DNA from: Albugo candida
Taxonomy: Eukaryota
Reading direction: 5' to 3'
DNA: 64,000 nucleotides
Assembly: GCA_040437565.1 (NCBI GenBank)
Contig: JBDOQK010000033.1
Coordinates: 186,001 to 250,000, forward strand
The position numbers and the translations under genes are program-made. The stretch's first letter is position 1. Each line of letters opens with the position of its first letter. Shown here piece by piece: positions 49,553 to 61,345 of the stretch. The notes beneath the pieces were generated by a model. That model was given only the letters and a program-made list of their open reading frames with translations. It was not told where the DNA came from and did no database searches.

Positions 49553-49815
49553 GAACCTTGTCGTACGTTAATCCGCCAATCAAGTAAGCGAATTACCCAT
49601 ATTTGATTATTTTGGCCAATCACTTGCTTCAATTATTAGGATGCGCTGCGTCTCAACACATGTCTTTGCTTGAAGCGCTCCTCTCAATCGCTTTGATCAA
49701 TAATCTGCAACTATGACGATTCCAGCACTTTCCGTGATCTACATAGCCTATTTTGGAGTTGTTTGGAACATAAAAAAAGCTCATTATCGCAACATTAAAA
49801 TTCTTTCTCGTAAAC

Positions 49816-52333
49816 TCATAAGTCTCGCCGTATTGGGGGAGACAGCTCAACCACGGGATATTCGCTGATGTTATTGGAAACAGCATTATCTGATGGTTTT
49901 TCTCCGCTTTTAGATCCTACTTTAAACACCTGAAATGCCGATTTCTTCACCGGGCCATTCATGAAGGCTAAGAGCTCATCACTCATATAATATGCCCGGG
50001 TGTCTTTGTTCATCTCGCAGTCTTTGCAAAAGCACATCAATATGGTATCGACCCCCGTTCCATAAACGTCCAGGAAAAATGAACCTACTGCAAAGCTCAA
50101 AAGCCCGGTCAACTACCGGATGTTCAGTTAATGCATGTTCAAATTCTCATTGTGCTTGGCTAAACATACCAGCATGGGGAAGATCGGACTTGATACTTCG
50201 TTTAGGTCACCGAGGAAAAATGTCGGCATGTGAGATGGAGGATTTCGGATCAGCAAAAACATGCAAAAAGTCGATACCGATGCAATGAAAAGCTTTCCAA
50301 GGAACAGAAGAAATTTGGAAATGATACCTACGGTTGCTATCCGCGCAGCATTTGCGAATAAAAGTGAGAAGGATTCTCTCAACGCAGAGGTCAAGTTGCT
50401 CCCTTTCATGGCCACCACGATATACGCATTCCTACATAGTTTTGTTCAGCTTCGACGTGAAGTCACAAAGACAGACAACATACCTATTGAGAAACTTGAG
50501 GCATTTCTCGAAGCACCAGAGAAAGCATTGGACACATCGAATGACCACACGGATGATCGCATTGGTTTCTTGTAGACTCTTGGTCTTTCGATCAAGATAC
50601 TCCAAAGCTATTCGCACCATTTGAACGATCGCTATAATCAAACTACCGAAAGCCATTGTGCCGAAATGATAACGGAACGTTCGCCACATGGACCGGCCAA
50701 CTGACAGTGAACGTACTCCAGACTTGTTAAGAGTCCAATAATACTCACAGAATGCCCCGGCAATTGTTGTGGTCGCAAAGGCAGATATGAGCTCATTGGT
50801 CCACAACAACCCAAAAAGATGGTAAACGACTAAATAGTTCAGAATCTGATCGTCTTTGATCTCATTAATCACTCCCAATGTCGCATTGGTCGCATTATTA
50901 TCCGCGTGTAAAATCTCGGTGGCGGTAGTGGCAACGTCCGAGACAGTGATGCTGGCTGAAGTCGCAATGTAGGCGGCAGCCACAACCCAATAGGCAAATA
51001 GACCGATTGTAAAGACTGTCGGAATAATTGGATACAACACGATAACTGGAAAGCGTCTAACAGCCTTAGAAGCCTCACGGATAATTCCAATCGCTATACG
51101 AATACGGCCACACATAAATATCAACAGACATAGCATCATGACGTCTATGGCAATCATAACGTAACACGAGATGGCCCAATACCCGATCGTGTCCCTGGAA
51201 GCCTGGTAACCCGTTCTATCCATATATCCGGATGCAGTAGTCCAAGCATCATGAACCGCATCGGAAGACATGCCGTACTTTTCAATCGCGGCATTCAGTT
51301 GCTGCGAGCCAAGCAAATCGCCTTGGTATGCGGTGAGAAATGTGAGCGCGAGAAGCATTAGAATGACCAATACGACGACCAGCCATACGAATAAAGAAGC
51401 AAAGAAACGGAGCAAGATAAGCCACAAAAATCCCAAAAGAAAGGCTAATAGCCCACCACAAAGCAAAATCGGTATAGCGGCTTTTTGTATGTCACCGATC
51501 CAATGTGCCACTCGATTCCATTTTTCGAGTAAGAGTTCCAGAATCGTGTCCTCTTCCATTGCATCGTCTCGGATTTCTTCACGCTTCGTTTCAATACTCG
51601 TACAATTCGGACGTAATGAGCGAGCAAAGTCTTTACAGTTGGACGGTGGACATTGTCGAAATGGATTGGATGTAATGTTTCGACCGCATGTCATTGTGGT
51701 GTTTGAATGATTCTCTTGGTATTCAATCTCTTGAGGAGAGCAGTCGTCTGTGCACCGAATGTACTGGTTGATAGTTACTTTGTTTAGTGGCACACAGCGG
51801 AACAACGCGTTCGTCGTATTGAAAGAAACTTTCCACGGGCTTCCCCCACGTACGTCTTCACCCGATGCACTCGATAGATTGTTGATTGGATCCGGGTGCA
51901 GCGTGTAGTTGGTGTACGCGTGGACGTACTGGGTGGAGCCATTTCGCACTGGACAACTACGAACACAAACGCCATACAACTTTCGGAGGTTGAGCGATGT
52001 GGAAGACTGCATCGCCAGGTCTTTTGTGAGCCGAGGGTACATCAGATATTTGTAATCGGTAAGGTCATATGGAGGAATATGTGTCGAGTTCTCTGGATGA
52101 TACGTACCGCACGTGCGTCCGAGCCAATCGCTTCCGTACATCAATCGCTTGGGATCGCCTTTTGTATACCCAATCGCGGCGATAATTATCATTCCGATCC
52201 AAAAAAGAAAAAAGAATACGAGGAAGAATACATCGGTACATTTTCGTTTATGAACACGAAAAGGATTATTCTCATTTCCATTTTCAATGTCTCTATCCGA
52301 AGTTGGTTTAGAGCATGGGACACAAGTGGTCAT
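49816..52333 (-). CDS. Choline transporter-like protein (CTL/SLC44), multi-exon
   Basis: RKCTDVFFL, GDPKRLMYGSD..CG, RYHFGTMAFGSLIIA, CFEKCLKFLN, DTILMCFCKD. Confidence 0.93.
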
Positions 52334-52732
52334 AGTTGGAAGCGAGTGAACAGACGAACGGAAATTCTGAGAGGACCTTTGAAAATATAAAGACACATTG
52401 AGAGGACACTTTTGCGTGGGGCAATTGTATCAATAGAAATGGATTAAGATCACAAAGAGATTCAAATGAATTGGATAGTGGGCAGTCGAAGAGTGAGCTC
52501 ATCAGGTCCGAGATCGAAGAAGGATCGCCATGTATCTGTGGCCCTTTATCAGTGACCTTTCAAGATCGCTTAATAGTATTCAAGAGGTGCGATATCCAGG
52601 CTTGCAGTCGGTTGGGTTGAGAACAGAGCAACGTTAATTACAGGATATTAGTATTTGCAGTATATGGAATGACGCGAATTAAGGAAAAAATGGCTAGATG
52701 TATTCATTGTCATGTGATATTGTATGGGAATC

Positions 52733-53740
52733 TCATCCAACGTCAGAAATACCAGTAAGCTGTAGCAAGTATCCGATCAGCCAGCCACAGCCTGCAGCTA
52801 CACTACCATTAAACGCCATGGAAGCGCCAGATTTCCACCAATTTTGTCCCACAAAATTACCTTTCACAGCACCCAAAACGAATAACGTGACAACTGTCAG
52901 CACACAGGAGCCATATAAAGCGACTTGAGAGCCCATACGAAGACCAGGAATCAAATTCACCAAATACGAAAGCAAAGGAATGATTCCGAATCCCATAAAT
53001 GACAGAAAGGTGATCACACCACCCGTCAAAGTCGAATCCTCATCATCGAGCGGCATCAAATTCAGCTCTTCGACCATCATTATATCGATAAACGCTTGCT
53101 TATACTTTGCAAGTGTTTTCACCACAAGTCTGGCGTCTTCTGTGGAGATCCCTTTTTTCTCGTAAAGTGCAATCATTTCCTCCATCTCCCCTTCCGGGTA
53201 GTTCTCAAATTCCCATTCTTCACGCTGACGCTCATGTCGCACTAATTGTGCTTCAGCCTGTGAGCTGAGCATGTCCCCAAGACCCATCGACAGCCCATCA
53301 GCGACCAAATGGGCCAGTCCAATGATCAGAATGACGATTTCCGGAAGACCAGAGCCTGCGACCGAAGTCACTGTTGCAAAAGTTGTGATGATACCATCGA
53401 GACCACCGTATACCGCACTCTTGATGAACCCACCGCCTTGTAAATGATTCTCTAAGGCATGTGGACTTTTTTCATCCAATGAGACCATTGCAGTGGAAAT
53501 CTCGCCTCGATTTTTCAATTGATGTAATTGACGAGAAGCCATTGCGTCCTGGTTTATATGTGCATCACGTACCTGACGCTGATAGTCGCCAGTGATATGA
53601 GAGTGTTTACCGCTTCCATAGTCGGGAAATGAAGAAGCAGACGCGGATATACTGGTGGAAGACGCGCTCGTACCGGATGTCTCCATTGGACTCGCGAATG
53701 TGTCTGTCGGAGAAGACTGTTTTCCTTTTTTCCTATCCAT
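52733..53740 (-). CDS. VIT1: VIT1/CCC1 vacuolar iron (Fe/Mn) transporter
   Basis: KSAVYGGLDGIITTFA, ADGLSMGLGD, ERQREEWE..PEGE, MMVEEL. Confidence 0.93.
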   Translation of the reverse strand: MDRKKGKQSSPTDTFASPMETSGTSASSTSISASASSFPDYGSGKHSHITGDYQRQVRDAHINQDAMASRQLHQLKNRGEISTAMVSLDEKSPHALENHLQGGGFIKSAVYGGLDGIITTFATVTSVAGSGLPEIVILIIGLAHLVADGLSMGLGDMLSSQAEAQLVRHERQREEWEFENYPEGEMEEMIALYEKKGISTEDARLVVKTLAKYKQAFIDIMMVEELNLMPLDDEDSTLTGGVITFLSFMGFGIIPLLSYLVNLIPGLRMGSQVALYGSCVLTVVTLFVLGAVKGNFVGQNWWKSGASMAFNGSVAAGCGWLIGYLLQLTGISDVG

Positions 53741-53901
53741 TTTTAAATTAAGCGCTCCGGAAGGCTTCCAACATCCAAAGGATTCTAAAGGATCCGTTGG
53801 TGCGTCCTTTATGCAAAGTACGGTGCTTTGTTTAGCACTTTAATGAAGTGGTACACACTATATCAACCTGGTTCAATCACTGGACAGCAAGCGGCGTGTC
53901 G

Positions 53902-54947
53902 ATGGGAACTTTGCGCGTCAATCTCGATGAGCCACGCTGGGATCAACGGACAATAATCGGCCGTGCAAAGCACTTTTTCGCTATCACCAATCCCCTCAAT
54001 ATTCTGGCCACAGACAAAGAATTACAAGCAGCTAAAACACTTGTGGATCAATATCGACGAGGAGAAATCCCAGATGATCTTTCGAAAGACGCACTATGGA
54101 AAGCAAAGCATCTTGTTGATAGTGCGTACCATCCAGATACTGGTGAAAAGAATTTTCTCATTGGAAGAATGAGCTTTCAAGTTCCCGGAAATATGATCAT
54201 TACCGGTTGTATGATGACCTTTTACCGGTCCACTCCATCAGTTATCTTCTGGCAGGTTATACGTTCACACAATATATTATCTATTAGAGGTATTGCTAAC
54301 ACTTAATTTCCAATTGTCATTTTCGATAGTTTATGAATCAAACGTTCAATAGCGTGGTCAATTATACGAATCGGAACGCCAGCATTGGCGTCACCACTCC
54401 GCAACTCGCGCAAGCGTATGTAGCAGCCAGCACGGCGTCCGTAGTGACGGCAGTCGGACTCAATAAAATTATCGCGAAAACACCAAAATTGAGCAGCGGA
54501 TTTATCGGTCGATTAGTGCCATTGGTCGCCGTTGCTGCTGCCAATTGTGTCAATATTCCGCTTATGAGACAACGGGAAGTAGTCGAAGGTATCAATGTCG
54601 AGCTATCCAACGGCGAAATAATCGGAAAATCGAAAATTGCAGCGAAAAAAGCTTTGGCGCAAGTGATTCCTTCCCGTATTCTAATGGCAGCTCCAAGCAT
54701 GATCCTCCCCGCGCTCGTTATGACTCGAGTGGAACACAAACCATTCCTCTCACGTCATCCAATGCTCAAAGCTCCCATCACTGTCGCATTAACGGGTCTC
54801 TGTTTAGTCTTCTCAACGCCAATATGCTGTGCGTTGTTTCCTCAACGCAGCTCGTTACCCGTCAAGTCGCTGGAACCTTCTCTTCAAGAAATCATCCATC
54901 CATACGACTCTGCGCCTCACCACGTGTACTACAACAAGGGATTATAG
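53902..54947 (+). CDS. SFXN: Sideroflexin (mitochondrial carrier), one intron ~54256-54329
   Basis: PRWDQ, HPDTGE..IGRMSFQVP, NQTFNSVVNYTNRNA, NIPLMRQRE, ALFPQ, YYNKGL*. Confidence 0.95.
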
Positions 54948-55024
54948 CGCCCATCGACTTAATTCAATACACTAAACCGTCTCGTTCCAAATCTCAAAAT
55001 TAGCAATTCCAAAGGCGTTTCACC

Positions 55025-55726
55025 GAAACGCTCGACATTGCACGCGTTCTTTCATCGTTTCCCACTCAAGAATCCATGCATGATCCGGTGTATTTCACAT
55101 GGCAGATGTGCGCGCTTCTATGCTCGATCCTTTCGGGTGCACTGATGCTCTTTTTCTACGTGCGATATCCTCGAACACGATGTCATCCAGGACCCGTTCT
55201 CATGTGCATTTTCCTCAGTACGACACTCGCCAACATTGCTCGTGTCATTCTCTTCACCGCATCCACCGGAATCACACACAAAAGACTCGCAACGATCAGT
55301 CAAGTCGCCATCAGCGCAATGACAANNNNNNNNNNNNNNNNNNNNNNNNNNNNNNNNNNNNNNNNNNNNNNNNNNNNNNNNNNNNNNNNNNNNNNNNNNN
55401 NNNNNNNNNNNNNNNNNNNNNNNNNGAAACGCTCGACATTGCACGCGTTCTTTCATCGTTTCCCACTCAAGAATTCATGCATGATCCGGTGTATTTCACA
55501 TGGCAGATGTGCGCGCTTCTATGCTCGATCCTTTCGGGTACACTGATGCTCTTTTTCTACGTGCGATATCCTCGAACACGATGTCATCCAGGACCCGTTC
55601 TCATGTGCATTTTCCTCAGTACGACACTCGCCAACATTGCTCGTGTCATTCTCTTCACCGCATCCACCGGAATCACACACAAAAGACTCGCAACGATCAG
55701 TCAAGTCGCCATCAGCGCAATGACAA
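55025..55726. repeat. 301-bp duplication either side of an N gap with 2 mismatches (probable uncollapsed haplotypes)
   Basis: Offset 401; differences at 55074/55475 (C/T) and 55139/55540 (G/A). Confidence 0.85.
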
Positions 55727-57808
55727 GAAACGATCGCAGCGGGTATCCGTACTTTTTCTTCTGGCTGCAGTGTTTCCTCCTGACAGCCGCAACGACATGG
55801 AGTCTCATGCTGGCATTGGATCTGATTTTCTCGCTATCGAATCCGTTCCTTCCATTCAACGCCGACAATATCAAACATCACATTTACGCGTGGCCGGTAG
55901 CGGTGCTTTATTGCGTCCTTTTCCGATTTTCCATCCGACATTCCGATGAAAATCGTTTTCTTCACACACAATTATTTCTCCATTTTCCGGCGTATTTGGT
56001 CATTTCGTACATTTCCATCGCACTTGTGAACGCGTGGCAGAAATCACGAAGACTCGAGTCACATGCTCACTACACCACACGGAAAATGGCCAAACGCATC
56101 CTTCCGTACCTGAGCCTCTTCATCCTCATCCATTTGCTCACATTCGCAGTCTACATCTCCGAAGTCGTCATCGGGTACGAGACATTCGCTGCGGAAATTG
56201 TGGATCAAGCAGCGTTTCTGGCTCAAGCTTTAGCCGTTCTCTTCCTCTTTTGTCGCGATTATTCGATCGGGTTGCTGTCCAAAGTCGATGCCAATGCTTT
56301 TGTCGATGCCTCCCAACAAGAGCGTTTGGATGTCTCCAACAAACTTCGAAGAGATATCATGAAGTACACGTCGATGGGTATCATGGAATCCATCAAACAA
56401 ACGCTTGAGTCGGATGAAATGCAGCGGGAAATCGTCTACAGCGATTACAATCGGATCGAGTCGATGAGTATCGTGGTGCATGGAGCCATTGACAGTGTCG
56501 TTTTATCATTCCGCGATTGTGCGCCCAAAGTCTTCCATCAGCTTCGACGTCATTTCAACATCGAATCGTCGACGTTCATGGAGTCGTTCCAATTGGATAC
56601 GATTCTCAAAGAGTGCGGTTCCGAAGGGAAAAGTGGCAATATTTTCTACTTTACAGGTGCGAGGCTTTTGCGTTGATACGAGACTTTGAGATGTCTTGTG
56701 TAGCCAACAAGCAATTCATGGTGAAAAGTGTGCCCAAGGAAGAGTTTGAGACGCTCGTAGCGATTCTGTACGTTATCCATCGCACAGGCAAAGGCGGACG
56801 CTGATGTCTGCCCGTAGACCGCATTATCATCGCTACTTTCTCAGCAACCCACAAAGCCGTTTATGTCGCTATTTCGGCTGTCATTCCATTTCCCTTCCAG
56901 TGGGAACGCGTCGAATGTATTTCGTCGTGATGCAAAACCTTTTCCATCGCGGACAGGTGCATCAGCGTTTCGACCTCAAAGGGAATTGTGATCGACGACA
57001 AGCAATTGGAAGCTCACAAGTGGAAAACTATATTCAATTAGCGTGTGATCAGCAGCCGATTAAGAAACTTATGATGGACATTGACTTTCATAAACTCTCT
57101 AACGGCATTCGTGTGCCTTTCGAGCAAGCGGAAGCGCTTCAAAGCCAATTTTGCGACGATTTGGTGTTTCTTGCGAGTCGTGGAATCATTGATTATAGCA
57201 TTTTATTGGGCGTCCAATACGTTTATCCGGAGCAGAAACAGACACTCTCTCACTCGGAGCGATTACATTCGCTTTCTGCGACTTCGTTGGCGAGTTGTGC
57301 GGCTTCCGATGGAGTTGTCAGTGAGGATGAACAAAAAGTATACTTTCTGGGGATTGTGGACATGCTGCAGCGATACAATTGGCGATGGACGATTCAGCGG
57401 TGGATTTTAGGGTGCTTGCTGTGCAAAGATCCCCACGATGTCAGCGCTGTGCCGCCGGATGAGTACGGAACAAGGTTGACAGAGTTTGTGCGTTCCTATC
57501 TCTTTGATACGCGCACCAAAGCGGATGGAAATCAGGTGTATCTATCAAAGAGCAGTACGCGTGCTGTGTGTCTTTTTTCCGGCGCGAAAAGCGATACGGA
57601 AACGCCGCAAGTACAGCGGAAAGAGGAGTCCTTTTGTAGCTTTGACAAAGTTTCTTCGCTGCCGGAAATATCCCAAAGTAGTGTGCAATCGAATTCAATT
57701 CGGTATAGTTACGATACGGTTTTATCCACTTCATCTTTAGAATATGGCGATAGTCCGACGCCGTATGCCTTACAAAGGACCAGTAAGTGTCATATGGAGT
57801 TATTCTAA
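55477..57808 (+). CDS. GPCR-PIPK fusion (7TM + phosphatidylinositol phosphate kinase), 3 exons
   Basis: N-terminal TM bundle; LR-x9-GI linker (LRRDIMKYTSMGI); GKSGNIFYFT, FDLKG, IIDYSILLG, LGIVDMLQRY, SAVPPDEY. Confidence 0.92.
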
Positions 57809-57949
57809 GTGAAAGGGTATGTGGTTATGAGAGAATATCAAAGCTGTCCTGTTATAGAGTGTGCAGGTATGCAAGTATAGAATGCTTTCTACCAATCATA
57901 ACGATGGTATTCTTATCGTATCTCTGATTGGTTTATAACCACTCGAACG

Positions 57950-60900
57950 ATGGAAGCGTTTTCAAATGCGTTGGCAAGCGGACAATTAATTGCGTTTTCA
58001 GAGCATTTAAACGGTCAACATAGCGGCAGTGAAGCAAGCAAAGACACGGAACAAAGTTATATCACGACACTGTACTGTAAAAGCTCTGTAAAATGCATTC
58101 CAATTCGTCATATTTCGTATTCTCAGCTACAAACCGCTCGAGAATATGCTTGTGTTTTTGATACATTGGAGAAGCAGCTACACGTGTCACAAACCGCGCT
58201 TTCAGACATTCTCTCACATCCCATCCACACATCTATCTCATCACCTTCGTTCCACATTGAATTTGAGCAAATGAATCGATTGGAACGTGTCACATTCATC
58301 CTCCAATTGCTCCATTCTTTCCATACCAATTCAACCTTTTTCTGGTCGCAAGATATGTTTTCAACCTCTGTCTACTTAACNNNNNNNNNNNNNNNNNNNN
58401 NNNNNNNNNNNNNNNNNNNNNNNNNNNNNNNNNNNNNNNNNNNNNNNNNNNNNNNNNNNNNNNNNNNNNNNNNNNNNNNNGATCGGAGATCATTATGCAG
58501 CTGATTCTCAACGACCCGGCCGTTTTAGAACGAGCTTCCACGGCCATCATAGAGATGATACGTCACCCTTGCATGACACAAGGCACCGTCAGTGAGTCTC
58601 TTTTCTATCGGGCGCTACGGACCATTTGCCTTCGGGTTGCCAGACTTCCCGGGCCATTTTTTGCCAAGCGGATTTTGACACAATTGGACCGCCATTTGGA
58701 TTCACAAGCTATTGGATGTCATACGGCAAGTATCATGATGCAAATCCATTGCGAAATACAAGCGCTACAGTCGGAATTGGCAGTGTTTTTGGTCAAAGCT
58801 TTTCGAAAAGATCTCAACGTAAAAAATGGCGTCCATGCGTTAATCGAAATGGCGACACAATATTCCAAAAATGGCGATGAAACATGCCCCGAGCTGCTCG
58901 ATGACGTCAAGATGGTCCTCGAACGTGTTCAAATGGTGCTTTTGGACCAATGTACGACGCTCGCAAAGACCGGGAATTCCTTCCATCGACTCAAAGTCAT
59001 GCAAGCTTGGATCTACTTGCACACATGTTTCTGTCCCGATCCAAACACAATCAAACGTCTCCTTCAAAGCCTCGACGACCTCACCAAAGCTCCATCTTCC
59101 GTAAGTGAACGCGTCATCTCAGTCGCATACGCATTACTGCTCATCATTTGCTCTTCTTTTGCCGTCGAAATGGCCGCATACGCCACACAACAGCAAGTTC
59201 CTTTAGAAAAGACCAATATCACAGTCATTCCAATCCGCGAATTGATCGCTACCGCACAACACGACATCTTCTCTCTCTACAACACGCGAGCAGCGTGTCC
59301 AGCTTTAATTCTCGGTCCAATTCTTCTCTACACAAAGTCGCCACTTGCCGTCTCTTTTCTTTGCAATTTGATCGGAGAGGAGCGATTTCTAACCAAAGCG
59401 TTGCGTCCCGAACGATTATTCCTCGTCGGTGATCATATTCTCAAACCGATTCTCTCGGAGCAGACAATGGTCCGTGAGACTCTCACATTCTCTGTGGAGA
59501 AATGTAATGTGATGACGTGGAACGTACTCCATCGACTCTTATGCGAGCGCTCCTTCCTCAGACACCACCATCCTCGTCGTTTGGAACAATGGCTCGTCAT
59601 GCAGCTTCAATGTCTCTCGTTGCCTCTCCATCCGATTTTTTACAGCGTTTTGGTCGAATACATTGAGAATTATATCGTCGCATTTGAGTATCCGATTTCC
59701 AACGCACCGCTTCAATTGGCAATTCTTCCGCTGTCAAACGCATTTGTAATGAAATCTCTCGGACATGCGATTTTGGCGAACGAGTACGATCCGACTTGCA
59801 GCGTATGGGCCCAAGGAATAGCAGTGTTGATCTACGTCTTGCACTTTAATCAAAGACTCGGACAAGCTCTTGTCGCCAGTACTTCCAAAGTCACTGGCGA
59901 GCTCGCGAATGCTCACATTGGAGGCGATATTTGCGTCGCATATGCGTTGGAATCGAATGTACCGCTTCGTAATATGTGGCGACAAGTGCGATTGTATCAA
60001 AAAGATATATCTCCGCTTTTGAATCGATTGATTTTGGAGGAGATCGCACAACTTCCCGAGCCAAATGAGTCGATCCAAACGTTTGACGCGAGACACTGCG
60101 CACTGGAAATCTCACACATTCTTTCGTATCTCAAATCCATTGGAAATACTTTGCGATGGTCGATATCGAATATCGAATTCGTGTGGAGGAAATGCTTTCC
60201 ATTCACAATGTGTCAGCGAAAAAGCCGCACCCTTGACGCCGTCCATTTCCATCTCCTTCGATTGTACCAAACGCGTGTCTGTGAACTGCATCCCGCGTTC
60301 CATTTCGGTCAAATCGTTGCAGCAAATGTACTTTCCGACCCGCAACGAATGTGTTGTGAATTCGATGCGACTTTGGACACCAAACAGTATCGTCAATGGA
60401 TATGTGCGCCGTTCCGAATCTTTCGCGATCTCCATCCTTTGATATTGGAATCCTCCGCGAGGATGGAACTTGTGTGTTGTGTTGCAATTGATATATGGCG
60501 TCTCGCGTCTCAGAAAGCGCAGCGTTTGGTCTTTGGGACGCAACATGGCGTCGCTCATTCCACAGACGAATATCTCTTACTGCAAGACACACTTTTCTTC
60601 CACGCGATTGTCCAATGTATCGAAACGATCCAAAGAAATTCCACAAGCGTTCCGGAGACAATTGCCGTCACACAAAAGCTCATTCAGATTTTGGAAACGA
60701 TATGTAAGGAATCCCATGCGTGTGCGTTGCTTTTGTGTGTCCATCAGCAAGGGTATCATCGATCGGTGCTTCCTCTCCTTGTCAGAGATCTCAACGCCAT
60801 GCAACAAATGTGGGAATATTGGCTAGCGACAAATTCATTGACACACTTTGTGTTGGGCGCCGACGATCAGAAACCTGTGCTTTCACTCTCTCAATTGCAT

Positions 60901-61320
60901 TTTCGAATATCGGTCTTCTTCGCGCTGTGTGAACGCTATTACAATGTGTCCACGTCGCACGATAGTGTCGTCAATACAGTGAAGCAGATCGTTTCCAAGA
61001 AATTGCATTTGTTTGTGCGTGCGATTGTAATGACACACGACGATACAAAAGCTCATTTCTCATCAGCAGATACCCAATTGCAAGAAAAAGGTGGCGCTTC
61101 AAACGTATCGTGGACGATGCTGACGTCGTTAATGGAGGCTGCTGCGACTTGCTGCCGACATATCGATTTTCTCGTCCCTTTTGTGCAATTTCTCCATCAG
61201 ATCAAAAAGGAGTATGCGTTGACCGATACAGAAGACGCCACGCCCGAAAGAAGCGTCCAATTCCAACTCCACGCTCTTGTGACTCGTTCCTTTCGACATA
61301 TGTGCCAATCGACCACTTGA
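57950..61320 (+). CDS. INTS2: Integrator complex subunit 2-like; gap in 5' part
   Basis: LLCERSFLRHH..WLVMQL..LPLHP and VHQQGY..LPLLV resemble conserved INTS2 blocks; long helical ORF. Confidence 0.65.
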
Positions 61321-61345
61321 GATCTCACTGCGTGCTCTGTGTCGC

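Noticed and set aside
3251-55726. Five tandem duplications (3251-4478, 15669-15978, 25985-28120, 42981-44344, 55025-55726)
   Set aside because: Each copy pair abuts a 100-N gap and is (near-)identical: unmerged contig overlaps, not biology
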